From Octopus sinensis (Eukaryota): a stretch of 64,000 nt of DNA. The notes below the pieces were generated by a model, which ran no database searches, had not been told where the DNA came from, and saw nothing but the letters and a program-made list of their open reading frames with translations. The stretch covers positions 1-64,000 of the forward strand of contig NW_021829600.1 in NCBI RefSeq assembly GCF_006345805.1. Direction: 5' to 3'. A program made the translations under genes and the position numbers. This document shows, in pieces, positions 23,048 to 36,544 of the stretch (its first letter is position 1; each line of letters opens with the position of its first letter).

Positions 23048-25990
23048 ATGGATCAAAAGTGTAAGAATTCTAATATGATGGTACCAAACAGTGGGGACCC
23101 CCGGCTGCGAGATACCACATTGGCTACTGGGGAAGAGCACAAGGATAATCATAATAGCGGCGGTATTGATGACGCGGATGGGACAAATCCTTCTGGACAC
23201 CTGCCTGCTGATGTAGCGACCAGCGAACTGAGATCCCTGCGCTGCATAAAAGTCACAAAAATTGGAACATGGAATGTAAGGGGGATGAACATTGGGAAGT
23301 TGGACACCATCAATAAAGAAATGAATCGGTTAAACATCGATATCCTGGGAGTCAGCGAAGTTCATTGGACTGGCAATGGTTTCTTCAACTCTGGTGATCA
23401 TACAATGTACTTTTCAGGCAATAATAAGACCAGACAACATGGAGTGGGATTTGTTCTATACAAGAAAATATCCAAGTGCGTTGAAAGTTACCAGACCATG
23501 AGTGATCGAGTGATTACCATTCGCATCAAAGCCAAACTCAACAACATCACATTGCTACAAATCTACGCGCCAACTGCCGACGCCGAAGAAGATGAGATTG
23601 AACAATTCTATGCAGAAATTCAGGGCGCAATCGAGGAAACATCACGAGCAGATGTTGTGTATATTCTGGGAGAGTTCAATGCCAAAATTGGAGAAAGGGC
23701 AGAAGCAGACATCGTTGGCAAATTTGGATTAGGAGAACGGAATGAAGCAGGAGATCGACTGGTACAATTTTGTCAAGAACAACACATGCGGTTAACCACT
23801 ACTTGGTTTCAGCAACCAAGAAGGTTATACACCTGAACGTCGCCAAGTGGACAGTACCGCAATCAAATCGACTACATCCTATGTCAGCAACGGTGGAAGA
23901 GTTCAGTCCAAGCTGTGAAGACGTTCCCTGGGGCAGGCTGTGGATCTGACCATGAACTTCTGGTTGCCAAGATCAAGATGCGACTCTGCAGGTCAAGCGA
24001 CCACCCGCTTAGCAGAAATTTAATATCAGCAAGATCGGTCCAGCATATACTGCTGAGATCAGAAACCGCTTCGAACTGATCGCCATCGAAGAGAATCAAG
24101 AAGCAGAAGAAATATGGGAGAAGGTAAAGGAAATTGTCATTGAAACAGCAGAGAAACATGTACGATCAGCAAAGTGGATTTCGGAGGAGACTATTGCAAT
24201 AGCAGAAGAAAGAAGGAGAGCAAATGTTCCAACAGGCCGCCAGGAAGGTCAAAGAGAAATACTGGAATGAGGAATATGCAAGGGCAGAAGAGGCATACAG
24301 GAAAGGGAACATGAGAGAACTTTACCAACATGTAAAGAAGACCCGTACAGTATTCAGGCCAGACAAGCAACCATCCGAGGAGAAAATTGTGAAGAACTGC
24401 ATGACCAAGAAGGGATCAGGAAAAGTGGAAAGATACACTGAACAGTTGCATGCAGGGAACAACCTCGATGAACAGGCAAAGAGAAGCCACTGGAACTGGA
24501 ACTGGAGCCAGACATCTGGAGGATGAGGTGGTATAGGCAATGAAAACAGCTGGCCAACCGAAAATTTTCCCAAGTACTGATGGTATTCCACAGAAGTACT
24601 CACGCAATACCACCAAACACACTAAATCGCTTTGCCAACGAATATGGAGAACCTGTAAGTGGCCAAGGGAATGGAAGAGGTCAGTTTTCATCACAATACT
24701 AAAGAAAAGAGATACCAAGGACTGCGCAAACTACCGTAACATCGCCCTGATCTCCCATGTAAGCAAAATTCTCCTTAAATCATCCAGAAGCGCCTGAACA
24801 CAACTATTGAGAGAGGAGCAAGCTGGTTTCAGAAAGGGAACAGGCACCCACGATCACATCGCCAACCTACGGTGGATTATGGAAAAGGCAAGAGAATACC
24901 AAAAGAAGCTGTACATGTGTTTCATCGATTACTCCAAAGCCTTTGACAGCATTGATCATGACAAGTTATGGAAATGTCTGGAGGAAATGGGAACACCTTT
25001 ACACCTTGTCCAGCTTATTAGATCACTCTATCAAAACCAAGAGGCTACAGTACGGACACCATATGGCGACACTGATTGGTTTGTGGTTGGAAAAGGCACT
25101 CGGCAAGGTTGCATCCTGTCACCAGCAGCCTTCAACATGTACTCTGAGAAGGTCATGAGGAATGCAGGCCTGGAGCATTGGAGTGAGGATTGGAGGAAGA
25201 AATATTAATAACCTTCGCTATGCAGATGATACAACCCTGCTGGCGGAGAGTGGAAAGGATCTAGAGGATCTTGTCCTGCTGGTCAAGAAAGAGAGTGAGA
25301 AATTTGGGCTGTACCTCAATGTTAAGAAAACGAAGATCATGTTAACAGCAGCCACAACAAACATCAGCATCAAGATCGATAATGAAGAGATTGAAGTGGT
25401 TGATGATTTCATCTTCCATGGCTCCAAAATAAATCGAGATGGTGACTGCACTCCAGAAATAAGACGGCGGATAGTACTAGGCAGAGAGGCAATGGTCAGC
25501 ATGAGCAGGGTCTGGAAGAGTAGAGACATCAGACTCGCTACCAAATGCAGATTGGTGAGTGCAATTGTCTTCCCAATAGCAACATATGGATGCGAGACCT
25601 GGACACTAAAGAAAGCTGACCAGAAGAGAATTAATGCATTCGAGCTTTGGTGTTGGAGAAGACTTTTGCAGATTCCATGGACAGCGGGGCTCACCAATGG
25701 AGACGTTATTAAGCAGATCAGGCCGACAATGTCGTTAGAAGCTAGGATCACCAAGCATAGATTGGAATATTTCGGTCATATTATGCGGAGAAAATCCCTG
25801 GAGAAGGACATCATGCTCGGAATGGTCAGTGGCAAGAGAGGAAGAGGCCGACCAAGAACCCGCTGGCTTGACACCATCAAGAGTGACGCCGGAATGGACA
25901 TAGCCAATCTGAAAGAAGCGGCCCAGGATAGAACTGACTGGAGGACACTGATTCAAAGAGTGACCGAGAGTCGACTTCGACTGAGCGGAG
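23048..25990 (+). pseudogene. RTE APE-RT polyprotein broken by stops and frameshifts
   Basis: Consecutive ORFs 23048..23836, 24224..24526, 24540..24797, 24807..25208 and 25162..26088 carry successive domains. Confidence 0.9.
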
Positions 25991-26109
25991 AGATAGATAC
26001 ATACATACAAACACACACACACAGCTGCATATATAGACTGACAGAGAGACAATCAGACACATACACACATACATACATGGATTGGTAGTAAGAAAGAGAG
26101 GGAGAAAAA

Positions 26110-26210
26110 GAAAGATATATATCTGTATGTATATCCATATCTATGTATTATGTGCGTGTATATATATGCATATATATATACATGTATATATATGTATGTA
26201 TATATATATT

Positions 26211-26241
<31 letters not shown>

Positions 26242-26739
26242 TATATATATATTATATATATATATATTATAGACATGCATATATATGCATATATATATAC
26301 ACTGTATGTGCGTGTATATATATACATTTATATATATATATATGTGTGTGTGTGTGTTTGTGTATATATATTGTATTGTGTATATAATATATATATATAA
26401 TATATATATATTGTAATATATATATATATATGTATATATAATATATATATAATACATGATATATATTGCATATATATATATATATATAATATTATATATA
26501 CATGTATATATATGCATATATATATATATTATGTATATATATATACACTGTATTTGCGTATATATGCATATATATATATGTGTGTGTATATATATACACT
26601 GTAATTGCGTGTATATATATACATTTATATATATATATATATATATATAATATTATACATGTATATATATGCATATATCTATATATATACAACATGTATA
26701 GATATATATTTGTATGTATATATATATATATATATATTA

Positions 26740-26789
<50 letters not shown>

Positions 26790-27008
26790 ACATGTATATA
26801 TATGTTATATATATATATACACGCACATACAGTGCGAGAGAGATGTATGTATGTACGATTGTATAATTTGAGTAATTCACAGGAGAAATCTGTTTTTGTT
26901 TTTTTTTAATCTTTTTTTTTTTCCTTTTCGTGGTCAAGATATGTGTATCAAAATCAATGACATCTTCACCATCGGTCACTGTAAACTCCTACCCTACCCA
27001 AAACCCCT

Positions 27009-27065
<57 letters not shown>
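26110..27065. repeat. ~1-kb degenerate (TA)n/(TG)n low-complexity tract with a short embedded unique segment
   Basis: Read directly from the sequence. Confidence 0.9.
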
Positions 27066-27070
<5 letters not shown>

Positions 27071-27395
27071 TCTCATAAAAGAAAAAACCAATTTTTGATA
27101 GTTTTCCCAACACAGTCGCCCTATTTACTCCCACGTTTTCTTCCCTCGAAAAGGACAATAGAAAAGAATAAAAATATTTCTGAATCGAACTTGAACTTTT
27201 AACCTTAGAAAAATATGCAGATGGGGAATGAAATTCATCTACACACCGTGGGACACGAGAATCCTTTATCTTGACTTAACTCTGAGACGTGTGTGTGTGT
27301 GTGTTTGTGTGTGAGAGAGAGAGAGAGACCAGTAATATCAGTAATACCACAAACTACAAGAGTAGCAACGCAAGGTATACTATATATGTAGGTGT

Positions 27396-27628
27396 AAGGT
27401 GGCGAGCTGGCAGACACGTTAGCGCGCCGGGCAAAATGCGTAGCCGTATTTCGTCTGCCGCTATATTCTGAGTTCAAATTCCGCCGAGGTCCACTTTGCC
27501 TTTCATTCTTTCGGGGTCGATAAATTAAGTACCAGTTACGCACTGGGGTCGATATAACCGACTTAATCCGTTTGTCTGTCCTTGTTTGTCCCCTTTACGC
27601 TTAGCCCCTTGTGGGTAATAAAGAAATA
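27396..27628 (+). mobile_element. SINE family B, full length, 15-bp TSD
   Basis: TATATATGTAGGTGT at 27381-27395 and 27629-27643. Confidence 0.9.
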
Positions 27629-27648
27629 TATATATGTAGGTGTGAGTG

Positions 27649-27989
27649 TTTGTGTGTGTTTGCATTGTGTTTGTCCCCCTCCGCGACACTTGATGACCGC
27701 TGTTCGTTGTTTTATGTCTGAACTTTAGTGGTTCGGCAAAGAGGAGATGAGGATATTCTTGTCATTCTGTTATTCTTTTGACTTGTTTCAGTCATTGATT
27801 GCGGCCATGCTGGAGCACTGCCTGAATGGTTTTAGTCGAACAAATCGAGCCCACAGGACATTTTTTTAAAGCCTAGTTAATTCTATTGGTGTCTTTTGCC
27901 GAACGCGCTAAGTTCCGGGACATAAACTCACCAATACCGATCGTCAAGCGGTGATGGAGGGAACAACAGACTCAGTGAGACCCATCATT

Positions 27990-28047
<58 letters not shown>

Positions 28048-28262
28048 CTACTCATTAACCTAGAGTGTGCTTCTTTTTCGGATTTAAGTTCTACCGATGA
28101 TATATATATACACTACGAGCTTCTTTCAGTTTCCGTCTACCAAATCCATTCATAAGGCTTTGGTCATCCCAAGGATATAGCAGTAGACACTTGCCCAAGG
28201 TACCACACAGTGGGACTGAACCCGGAACCATGTAGTTGAGAAACAAGCGTCTTACCACACAG
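27649..28262. mobile_element. Composite of tail-to-tail SINE A fragments (duplicated at 29599-30108)
   Basis: The same private junctions and spacer (AGAGTGTGCTTCTTTTTCGGATTTAAGTTCTACCGATG) occur in both copies. Confidence 0.75.
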
Positions 28263-28583
28263 CCACGCCTACATATGCATACATTAATATTTAACAGAAG
28301 CAGAAGGGCGGCGAGCTGGCAGAATCGTTAGCACGACGGACAAAGTGCTTAGTGGCATTTCGTCCGTCTTCACTTCTGAGTTCAAATTCCACCGAGGTCG
28401 ACTTTATCTTTCATCTTTTCGAGATCGGTAAAATAAATACCAGATTTGATCGACTTAGACCCTCTTAGATCGACAAAACCTGCTGGCCTTGTGCTAAAAT
28501 CTGAAACCAATATTTGACACACACACACACACACACACATACATACATACATCATACATACATACATACATACATACATACAT

Positions 28584-29109
28584 GGTGACTGCCCCCTCGT
28601 TATCGAGTATGGCCATTGCACGAAGCTTAACCAATGTTGTTATCGTGCAATGCCTGTGCAAGAAGATTTTTTTTTAAGTGGGGAAAGGCTGTGCACTGAG
28701 TCAATCCCACTCACTATGCAACAACAGCCAAGAAAAACAACAAGTCAACATCATCGGTAACCACTGAGCCGCAGGTTTTATGTCGGAGTTATCCCAGTTA
28801 CCTGAGTTACCGTCTCCTAGAAGGATGCCCTAACATCCCAATGGTTTAACCGCGCGATCGGATATTCAGTCCGATTATTTCTATGTCCCCGCGCATGATA
28901 CAGCCTTAAGGCATTTATTGGATGGCCGTTGACTCTCAAGAGTTCCTCCGCCCTTTGACGGGTTTTGTTTTTCATCCCGCAGAGTGTCCAATAAATACCC
29001 TCCTCACCAAGCAAGCTTGGTGGGTTTGCCGGTTTAGTCGCCGACGACCCGACCATGCAACAGGCTGTACTGGGTTACATGTTACCAGTAGCACTCGAAA
29101 GTGACCTGA
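28584..29109 (-). mobile_element. Unclassified ~525-bp element embedded in a (CATA)n array
   Basis: GC-richer, hairpin-containing unique sequence with (CATA)n directly on both sides. Strand inferred from an assumed (TATG)n tail. Confidence 0.5.
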
Positions 29110-30542
29110 CATACATACATACATACATACATACATACATACATACATACATACATACATACATACATACATACATACATACGGGATCAAGGTGTAGGAA
29201 GAAAGTTAGCTGCAAGCAATCCGTAGTAAATATCGACCATGACCCTTATAGGATGGTCGACCCTTATTGACCATGAAATTTTGGAGTTTTCGCCCGGAAG
29301 GTAATTTTTTTATCTCTTATATAATTTTCTCTTAAGTTAAGAACTTGTTCAGATTTATACTTGGAAAAGTGACAATAAATATAATGGGGAAGGCAACTTG
29401 CAAAGCTGTGGACAGAGCACAGGTACAGGGTAAACGCCTATTCTTTCGCTGTCAGTCTAGTCAGCGGCCAGCCGTGAGCGAGTGAGGTTGTGAGTCGCGT
29501 TCGTCCATTGAAAGAATTGTACTGCACCGAATGGTAATGTAGAGAAATAGAATATTAAGACATATACTTTAGTGATAAACAGTGAGTGAATATGACTTTG
29601 TGTGTGTTTGCATTGTGTTTGTCCCCCTCCGCGACACTTGATGACCGCTGTTCGTTTGTTTATGTCTGAACTTTAGTGGTTCGGCAAAAGAGACGGATAT
29701 TCTTTCATTCTGTTATTCTTTGACTTGTTTCAGTCATTTGATTGCGGCCATGCTGGAGCACTGCCTTGAATGGTTTTAGTCGAACAAATCGACCCACAGG
29801 ACATTTTTTTAAAGCCTAGTACTTATTCTATTGGTGTCTTTTGCCGAACCGCTAAGTTACGGGGACATAAACACACCAATACCGATCGTCAAGCGGTGAT
29901 GGAGGGGGAACAAACAGACACAGTGACACCCACTATTCAACATATATATATATACTACTCTATAACTTAGAGTGTGCTTCTTTTTCGGATTTAAGTTCTA
30001 CCGATGATATATATATATATATACATTACGGGCTTCTTTCAGTTTCCGTCTACCAATCCATTCATAAGGCTTTGGTCATCCGAAGGATATAGCAGTAGAC
30101 ACTTGCCCACATGTTATGTGCTTTGTATACTTATTTTCACACCTTAGAACAAAATTTAGAGAAGCGAGACACAGAAATAGAAAAGCGTGACACGGAAATA
30201 CAGCACAAATTTAACCTAAACGATTGTCAAGAATTAGATGCAAAGCTTCTCCCACCAGTCACATGCGTTGAAAAGGTTGATAGACTGACAATAATAGTAA
30301 CTTTTCAAGGCGAGGAGCAATTCTTGGGAGTCCCTGAAATTCCAACATCTTCAAGAGAACAGCAAGCTTTGGCTGTTTACTAAGCAGTGGAGAAGTGGGA
30401 TATAACCGACAAAATTCAGGCATTTTGCTGTGATACGACAGAAAGCAACACAGGTCGAGTAAATATATTTGAGTTAGTTTTAGGAACTGTATATTATTGT
30501 GTAATATATATAATATATATATATATATATATAAATATATAG

Positions 30543-30605
<63 letters not shown>

Positions 30606-30813
30606 TGTATATAGATATATTTAAGTGTTTGTGTGACTTTGTTTCTGTGTTTCACCCTCATCACTGCTTCACAATCCCATAACTTACTGGTTTCACAAGA
30701 AGAAACTAACGATAAGTACCAAGCTTATCAACATAAAAAAGCACTACGCTGTGTCTCATATTTTTTGTTTGCCCCACCCAGTTGTATCTATCAACTTATC
30801 TTTGTTTTTTTGT

Positions 30814-30852
<39 letters not shown>

Positions 30853-30986
30853 CACACACGCACACACGCACACACGCCCACACACACACACGCGCGGCAC
30901 ACGACACACACCACACACACACACATATATATATTATATATATATACATATATATAATTATATATATATATATAGTATATATATGT

Positions 30987-31034
<48 letters not shown>

Positions 31035-31159
31035 TTGTGTGTGTGTGTGTGTGTGTGCGTGTGTGCGTGCTAGACCCTACCACATGTCTAAATACAAGGA
31101 CAGAGCTTTTCGGATCATGCCCACATGTGACTAAATTTCTGTTACGTTTTTGGCCCCCT

Positions 31160-31525
31160 AAAGAAAACGGATAGAACATGCTTTCTGTGTATGTCCCAGA
31201 AGATTTTAATATATTTTTATATATTTTTATATATTTTTATGTATTTTTATATAATTTTTATGACGAAAAATGCGAGCGATTGTATAAGTACGCAGGCAAA
31301 GCAGAGTTATAACAGAGTAATTTCCCTTCATTTTTAACGGTATTTTTTCATAACGTTTTCAAATAGCCAGATAACCGAAGAGGGTTGTTGGTGGATTTCC
31401 ACTTCGGCATCTGAAACTCAGAGTTTTTAATCTTGATACCGAGTAATGTAACATATTGTATAGATAATTTCCTCTATTTACATAATATTGAGGTCTCTTT
31501 CTTTCTTTTGTTATCTTACCGTTTT

Positions 31526-31527
<2 letters not shown>
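31160..31527 (-). repeat. (TA)n-anchored interspersed repeat, possibly a Penelope-type terminus
   Basis: Abuts a (TA)n tract like families at 15760 and 38645. Only one copy in the window, so the call rests on recall of similar octopus repeats. Confidence 0.35.
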
Positions 31528-31576
<49 letters not shown>

Positions 31577-33028
31577 TACACATGTATGTATATGTGTACA
31601 TTCATATTCATTATAGATTCATAATGAAATTTTGGAACACAAAATCGAAGCCCAGGGAGAAGGGTAATGTTGTGTGTTTCATACAATTTTATGGACCAAA
31701 ATTACTGAATGGATCCTTATGATATTTGAAACTTAGATTCAATGCATAAGGGCGGGTATAATGCAATATGTTTGGTTTGAATTTCAGATGGCTTAAAAAG
31801 GGCAGAACCCCCCATGAAAATTCATAAACTTTCGATGTTGATGAAATTTCAACCATAGTAATTGACACATATCAAGAAGTATTCTCAAAGTTTCCACTTC
31901 ACATGATGATTCTAAAACATCCTAGCGGGGGCCTTAACTCCCAAATTTTAGTCCTTTCTTTTATGATCCAAAACTAAGTCAAAAGTACTGAATGTATCTT
32001 TACGAAATTTGGAAATTATATTCTATGCATAAGGGCCATAACCCCCAAGACAATTCATATATTTTTGCTGTTGATGAAATTTTAACCATAGATATTAGAT
32101 ACAAATGAAGTAATATTTATAAAATTTCATCTTCTTACAAGTTAAAAAGACCCCTTCATGGGGACTTAACACCCACAATTTTGTCATTTTATCTAAGCAA
32201 AGACGAATGGTTGTACTCTTGGAAGCTGTGGGGTTATCCGAGCATAGAAGATGAGCATTATTTGTAATTCAATGGTACAACAGTGTAAGAGTTTGCTTTG
32301 ACATACACTTACATTGTGATTTCTGCAATGTGCTGCATAAATTGGCAAGTAAATGAGAGGCACCTTTGTCTCCACTGATTCAGTTGCAAAGTGTTGAATA
32401 AAGTCATTTGATTGCAGATCTCCTTTCAGTTTTTTTATTATCACTGGGTCACACATAGTCCCCAGATGGTAACATTGATTTAAAGGCCTTCTCAGATGAG
32501 TGACTGGTTATTCAAAGACATTTATAGATTGCATATTTATTCTGTTCAGTTACGTATCAGTATAGTGGTCATTTGCAAACTCCAAATTTCATTTCTCCTT
32601 AGCCCTCACGTCACACAGTTGTTAATGTTTATTTCAGTTGGGTCACGCCCTTCCAATTGTTATAGATTCGTAATGCATCTAACGGCTGTGCCTGTCATCT
32701 TGATGGTGAGGAATACTACATTGAGAGTGGTAACGACTAGGGTACTGTAGCTGACTGCTTATTGTGATCATTCGTCTTTTGGTTTCCTGTAGCTTTGCTC
32801 TCTTTTACAAACCCAGTGAACATATATTTCCTATTTCAAAGAAATTCAAACAATAGATATAATTGTATCATATTAATACCATTATATTAATACATCTGTT
32901 TGTTGTCTACACCACCTGTCTTCGTCTTTTGTTTTATATATATATATAACAACCATATAATATATATATATAATTATAATATATATATAAATATAAATAT
33001 ATAACAACCATATAAATATATAACAACC

Positions 33029-33069
<41 letters not shown>

Positions 33070-33383
33070 TGTGTGTGTGTGTGTGTGGTTGTTTATATTT
33101 TTGACAACATAATAGGTTAGGTAGGATGATATCTATATTACAATATTATAATAACCAATAATGAGTTGTACATCTATATTAAATTGTTTGTTGTTTGTTC
33201 CTTCTTGAGCCATGCCTGGCCAATAAGGGCTGGCTTCCCAGTTTCATTGGCATATATATATATTATATATATATATATATTGGACACTATGAGCCGCTGG
33301 GAATTGAACTCACGACTTTACGATCGTGAGCCGAATGCCCTAACCACTAAGCCACGCGCCTTCGCATACATATATATATATAT

Positions 33384-33424
<41 letters not shown>

Positions 33425-33430
33425 CATATA

Positions 33431-33474
<44 letters not shown>

Positions 33475-33481
33475 TATATGT

Positions 33482-33512
<31 letters not shown>

Positions 33513-33582
33513 ATGTACATACATATATATTGAATAATATATATAATATATATAAGTAAGGCATGTATATATATATATGTAT

Positions 33583-33627
<45 letters not shown>

Positions 33628-33654
33628 TATATCTATATATAAATATTCATACAG

Positions 33655-33687
<33 letters not shown>

Positions 33688-34270
33688 ATATATATATATT
33701 ATTAATATATATAAATATACATACAGATGTATATAAATATACATAAACGTACATACATACTTCTCTCTCGTTAGATGGAACGTGGGAATATGTTCGACTC
33801 GACTTCGTTTTCTTATGTTAATTTCCGATATTGGTTTCAGTCCCGTCAGGATCAAAGGTTATGGATATATAAACATATTCTTCAATGTTTATAAACAAAT
33901 TAAGATTGGAGAATTATAAAGAAGAGGTCAGTAACAAAGCATTTCAATTATTTTATTTTATCTTTCCTATTTTTTCCTTTTTTTTTTCTTTTTGTTTGTT
34001 TCTGTCAGTGCCCTTATTTAGTGACTCGTCTGCTTAGCATAGCTCAACACGTATATAAAATCCTTTCTATTTATAGGCACAAAACCTGATATTTGGGGGG
34101 CGGAGGGTTAAGTCGATTACATTACATCTACACCAGTGAGCAACTGGTACTTATCCCATCGACCCTGAAAGTGTAAAAGGTAAAATCGACATCGGCAGAA
34201 TTTGAACTCAGAACGTGAAGACGAATGAAACACTGCGAAGCGTTTAACGTTTCTGTCAGCTGGCTACCTC

Positions 34271-34311
<41 letters not shown>

Positions 34312-34681
34312 TTAATAATAAATAATAACGAGCACTCAGCGCAAATCTCCGCCAAGGCAACACCAACATCCTGATTTCTTTTATTAGGCACAAGGCCTCT
34401 TATAAAGATGGGACAATATAAAGACAGACAAAACAATACAGTGGGGTGGACAAAACATATAACGGGTGAAATTATGAAATGATAAATGAGATGAAATGGC
34501 TTACCTGCCCCCACCCCACCCCACACATATGCAGGCAGTTCCATTTTACTGTTTATGTATCACACAGTTCATTATTCTTATTTTTTTCCATCATTTTTTA
34601 AAAGTCCTTATTTTAAAATTTTAAATATTTCACTTAACTTTCCTTTATATGAGATATTCCACTATGTCATCAAATACTACC

Positions 34682-34910
34682 TATTTCTTTACTATCCACA
34701 AGGGGCTAAATACAGAGAGGACAAACAAGGACAGACAAACGGATGAAGTCCATTATATCGACCCCAGTGCGTAACTGGCACTTATTTTATCGACCCCGAA
34801 AGGATGAAAGACAAAGTCGAGCTCGGCGGAATTTGAACTCAGAACGTAACGGCAGACGAAATACTGCTAAGCATTTCGCTCGGCGTGCTAACGTCTCTGC
34901 CAGCTCGTCG
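34682..34910 (-). mobile_element. SINE family B, full length, ~15-bp TSD
   Basis: TCATCAAATACTACC at 34667-34681 and 34911-34925. Confidence 0.9.
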
Positions 34911-35039
34911 TCATCAAATACTACCACCGGTAACAACTCAGTGAATCGAAACTGTAACGGTAAAATCTCTATCATTTATCCGAATATTTCCTTCAACCTT
35001 TCACACTCCTCTTTTACATACAAGACTGCATTAACTCCT

Positions 35040-36480
35040 TCATTTCACTCCCTGGACGCCAACTTCACCCTAATGACATTTTTTTTTTCTAGCTTTTTTT
35101 TCAATCTGTTTTCTCTCTTCGTCTTTCTCGCTTAATTTTGCCGACATCTCGTTTCTTTTCTGTTCGTTCGCTTTTCCTCCTCTTGGTAGCCCTTGTCTCT
35201 CCTCTACAATTACTTTTCTTTTCTTCATGAGACTCTTTGGTGGTGAGTCCGCGTTTTCTTGTTTTTTCTTCCTCTTCACCACTGTGTATCATTCTTCCAT
35301 ATTTTCCGCTGGCCTCTGCTCCTCTACGCCTTGCACCTCTACCTCTCCTTGCTGTTCCATCTCCGTCACCTTCTCTTCGTGTTTCTAGGAACACTTAGCT
35401 TTCATATGTCTCCGTACTTCACACTGGAAACATATAGGACGTATTCCCTCCACTACAACTCTTAGCTTCGTCTCGTCCGGTAACACTAAATCCTCTGCAA
35501 CTTTGTGGAGGTCTGATAAACCGATGTGGACCGTCACCTCAAGGCCGTATCCCCTGCAGTTTACCTCCGTAGTTCTTGTGATTTTAAGTATTTTGGTTTC
35601 CTCTTCTGTATTATAGAGGATAGTTGCCACCTGCCACGCCTCGTCAATCTTTGAGGGCACTCTACCAATCCTAACTCTGGCCGAATGTTTTCCACAGTAG
35701 GTTGGTAGCAGTACCCACTCAGTTGATTTCAAAGGCACAGTGGAGTGTTTTAGCGCTTCTTGTTCACTCGCAAAGCGTACCTCCACTGTGCCGTATTTCT
35801 TTCCTCTGGTGTAGTACGTCGTTAGATCTTTAATTTCTTTCAAGCATTCTTCGACTGCTTCTACTGCAGCTATTTCAACTCTTTTTGAAGCGATAGACAG
35901 CGTTCTGTATATTATTGTCCTTTCTTCGGTCTTTTACAAAATTTCCTTGGGTGGCGTCAGCCTCAGGCTGTCTCCTTCCTTTCGTAACAATTCATTATAT
36001 TTCTTAAAATTTGTGTCGTTCAGTCGAATTTCTCTTACTTGCAGGATATTTGCCGTTAGACTATTCCCAGTTACTGCAGCGTAACTGCCTGCTGGATCTG
36101 GTTGACTTTCCATAATGTTGTTATTCACAACTTCACCCATAAATAGGGAAGAAAATAAAAAATTCACAGGTAACAATAAATTTCACAATTCAGTAATACA
36201 ACGACTGGATGATGTAGACCTTCAACAATTCAAACAACAAGACTCACATGAAGCGAACACACATCAAATGCAACAGAGAATCAAATGACTCGACTACAAC
36301 ACCAACGCCTTGTTCCTTTATTTGGTACTACGACCACAACACAGAGGGGACACTACAAACACAGACACAATACCACAGTGGAGACAAAAAACATAAAACG
36401 AATGAAAATGAGATGTTATATAAAATGAAGTGGCTGCATGGGCCCCACTCACATGCAGTACCATTTGAATGCTTATATAA
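35040..36480 (-). mobile_element. L1/Tx1-type LINE 5' fragment: degraded ORF1 (gag-like)
   Basis: ORF 35385..35843 has an RRM-like segment (GTVEVRFASEQEA) and a CCHC knuckle CFQCEVRRHMKAKC (C-x2-C-x4-H-x4-C). Upstream part 35934..36176, basic tail ~35070-35394. Confidence 0.75.
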
Positions 36481-36544
36481 ACTATTTACAATCGTTCTAT
36501 TTTCCTATTGTTTTTCTTAATCATCGTTTTTTTAACGAACTAAC

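Larger units (their letters stand above)
22905..25990 (+). mobile_element. RTE-clade (BovB-like) LINE, near full length (~3.1 kb), degraded
   Basis: APE endonuclease (KIGTWNVRGM, ILGEFNAKIG), RT (DYSKAFDSIDH, QGCILSP, NLRYADD), C-terminal GRGRPRTRWLD, and BovB-like 3' end GAGTCGACTTCGACTGAGCG. Confidence 0.93.

Noticed and set aside
25218-25754. 178-aa minus-strand ORF
   Set aside because: Antisense shadow of the RTE reverse transcriptase.
32193-32456. 87-aa minus-strand ORF with an internal GTAAGT as a host exon
   Set aside because: No recognisable domain and stops in adjacent sequence; cannot be supported without homology or transcript data.
33290-33365. tRNA-like sequence on the minus strand (also ~62715-62790)
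   Set aside because: It matches the head of SINE family E (4670) and its stems pair poorly, so it is not supportable as a tRNA gene.
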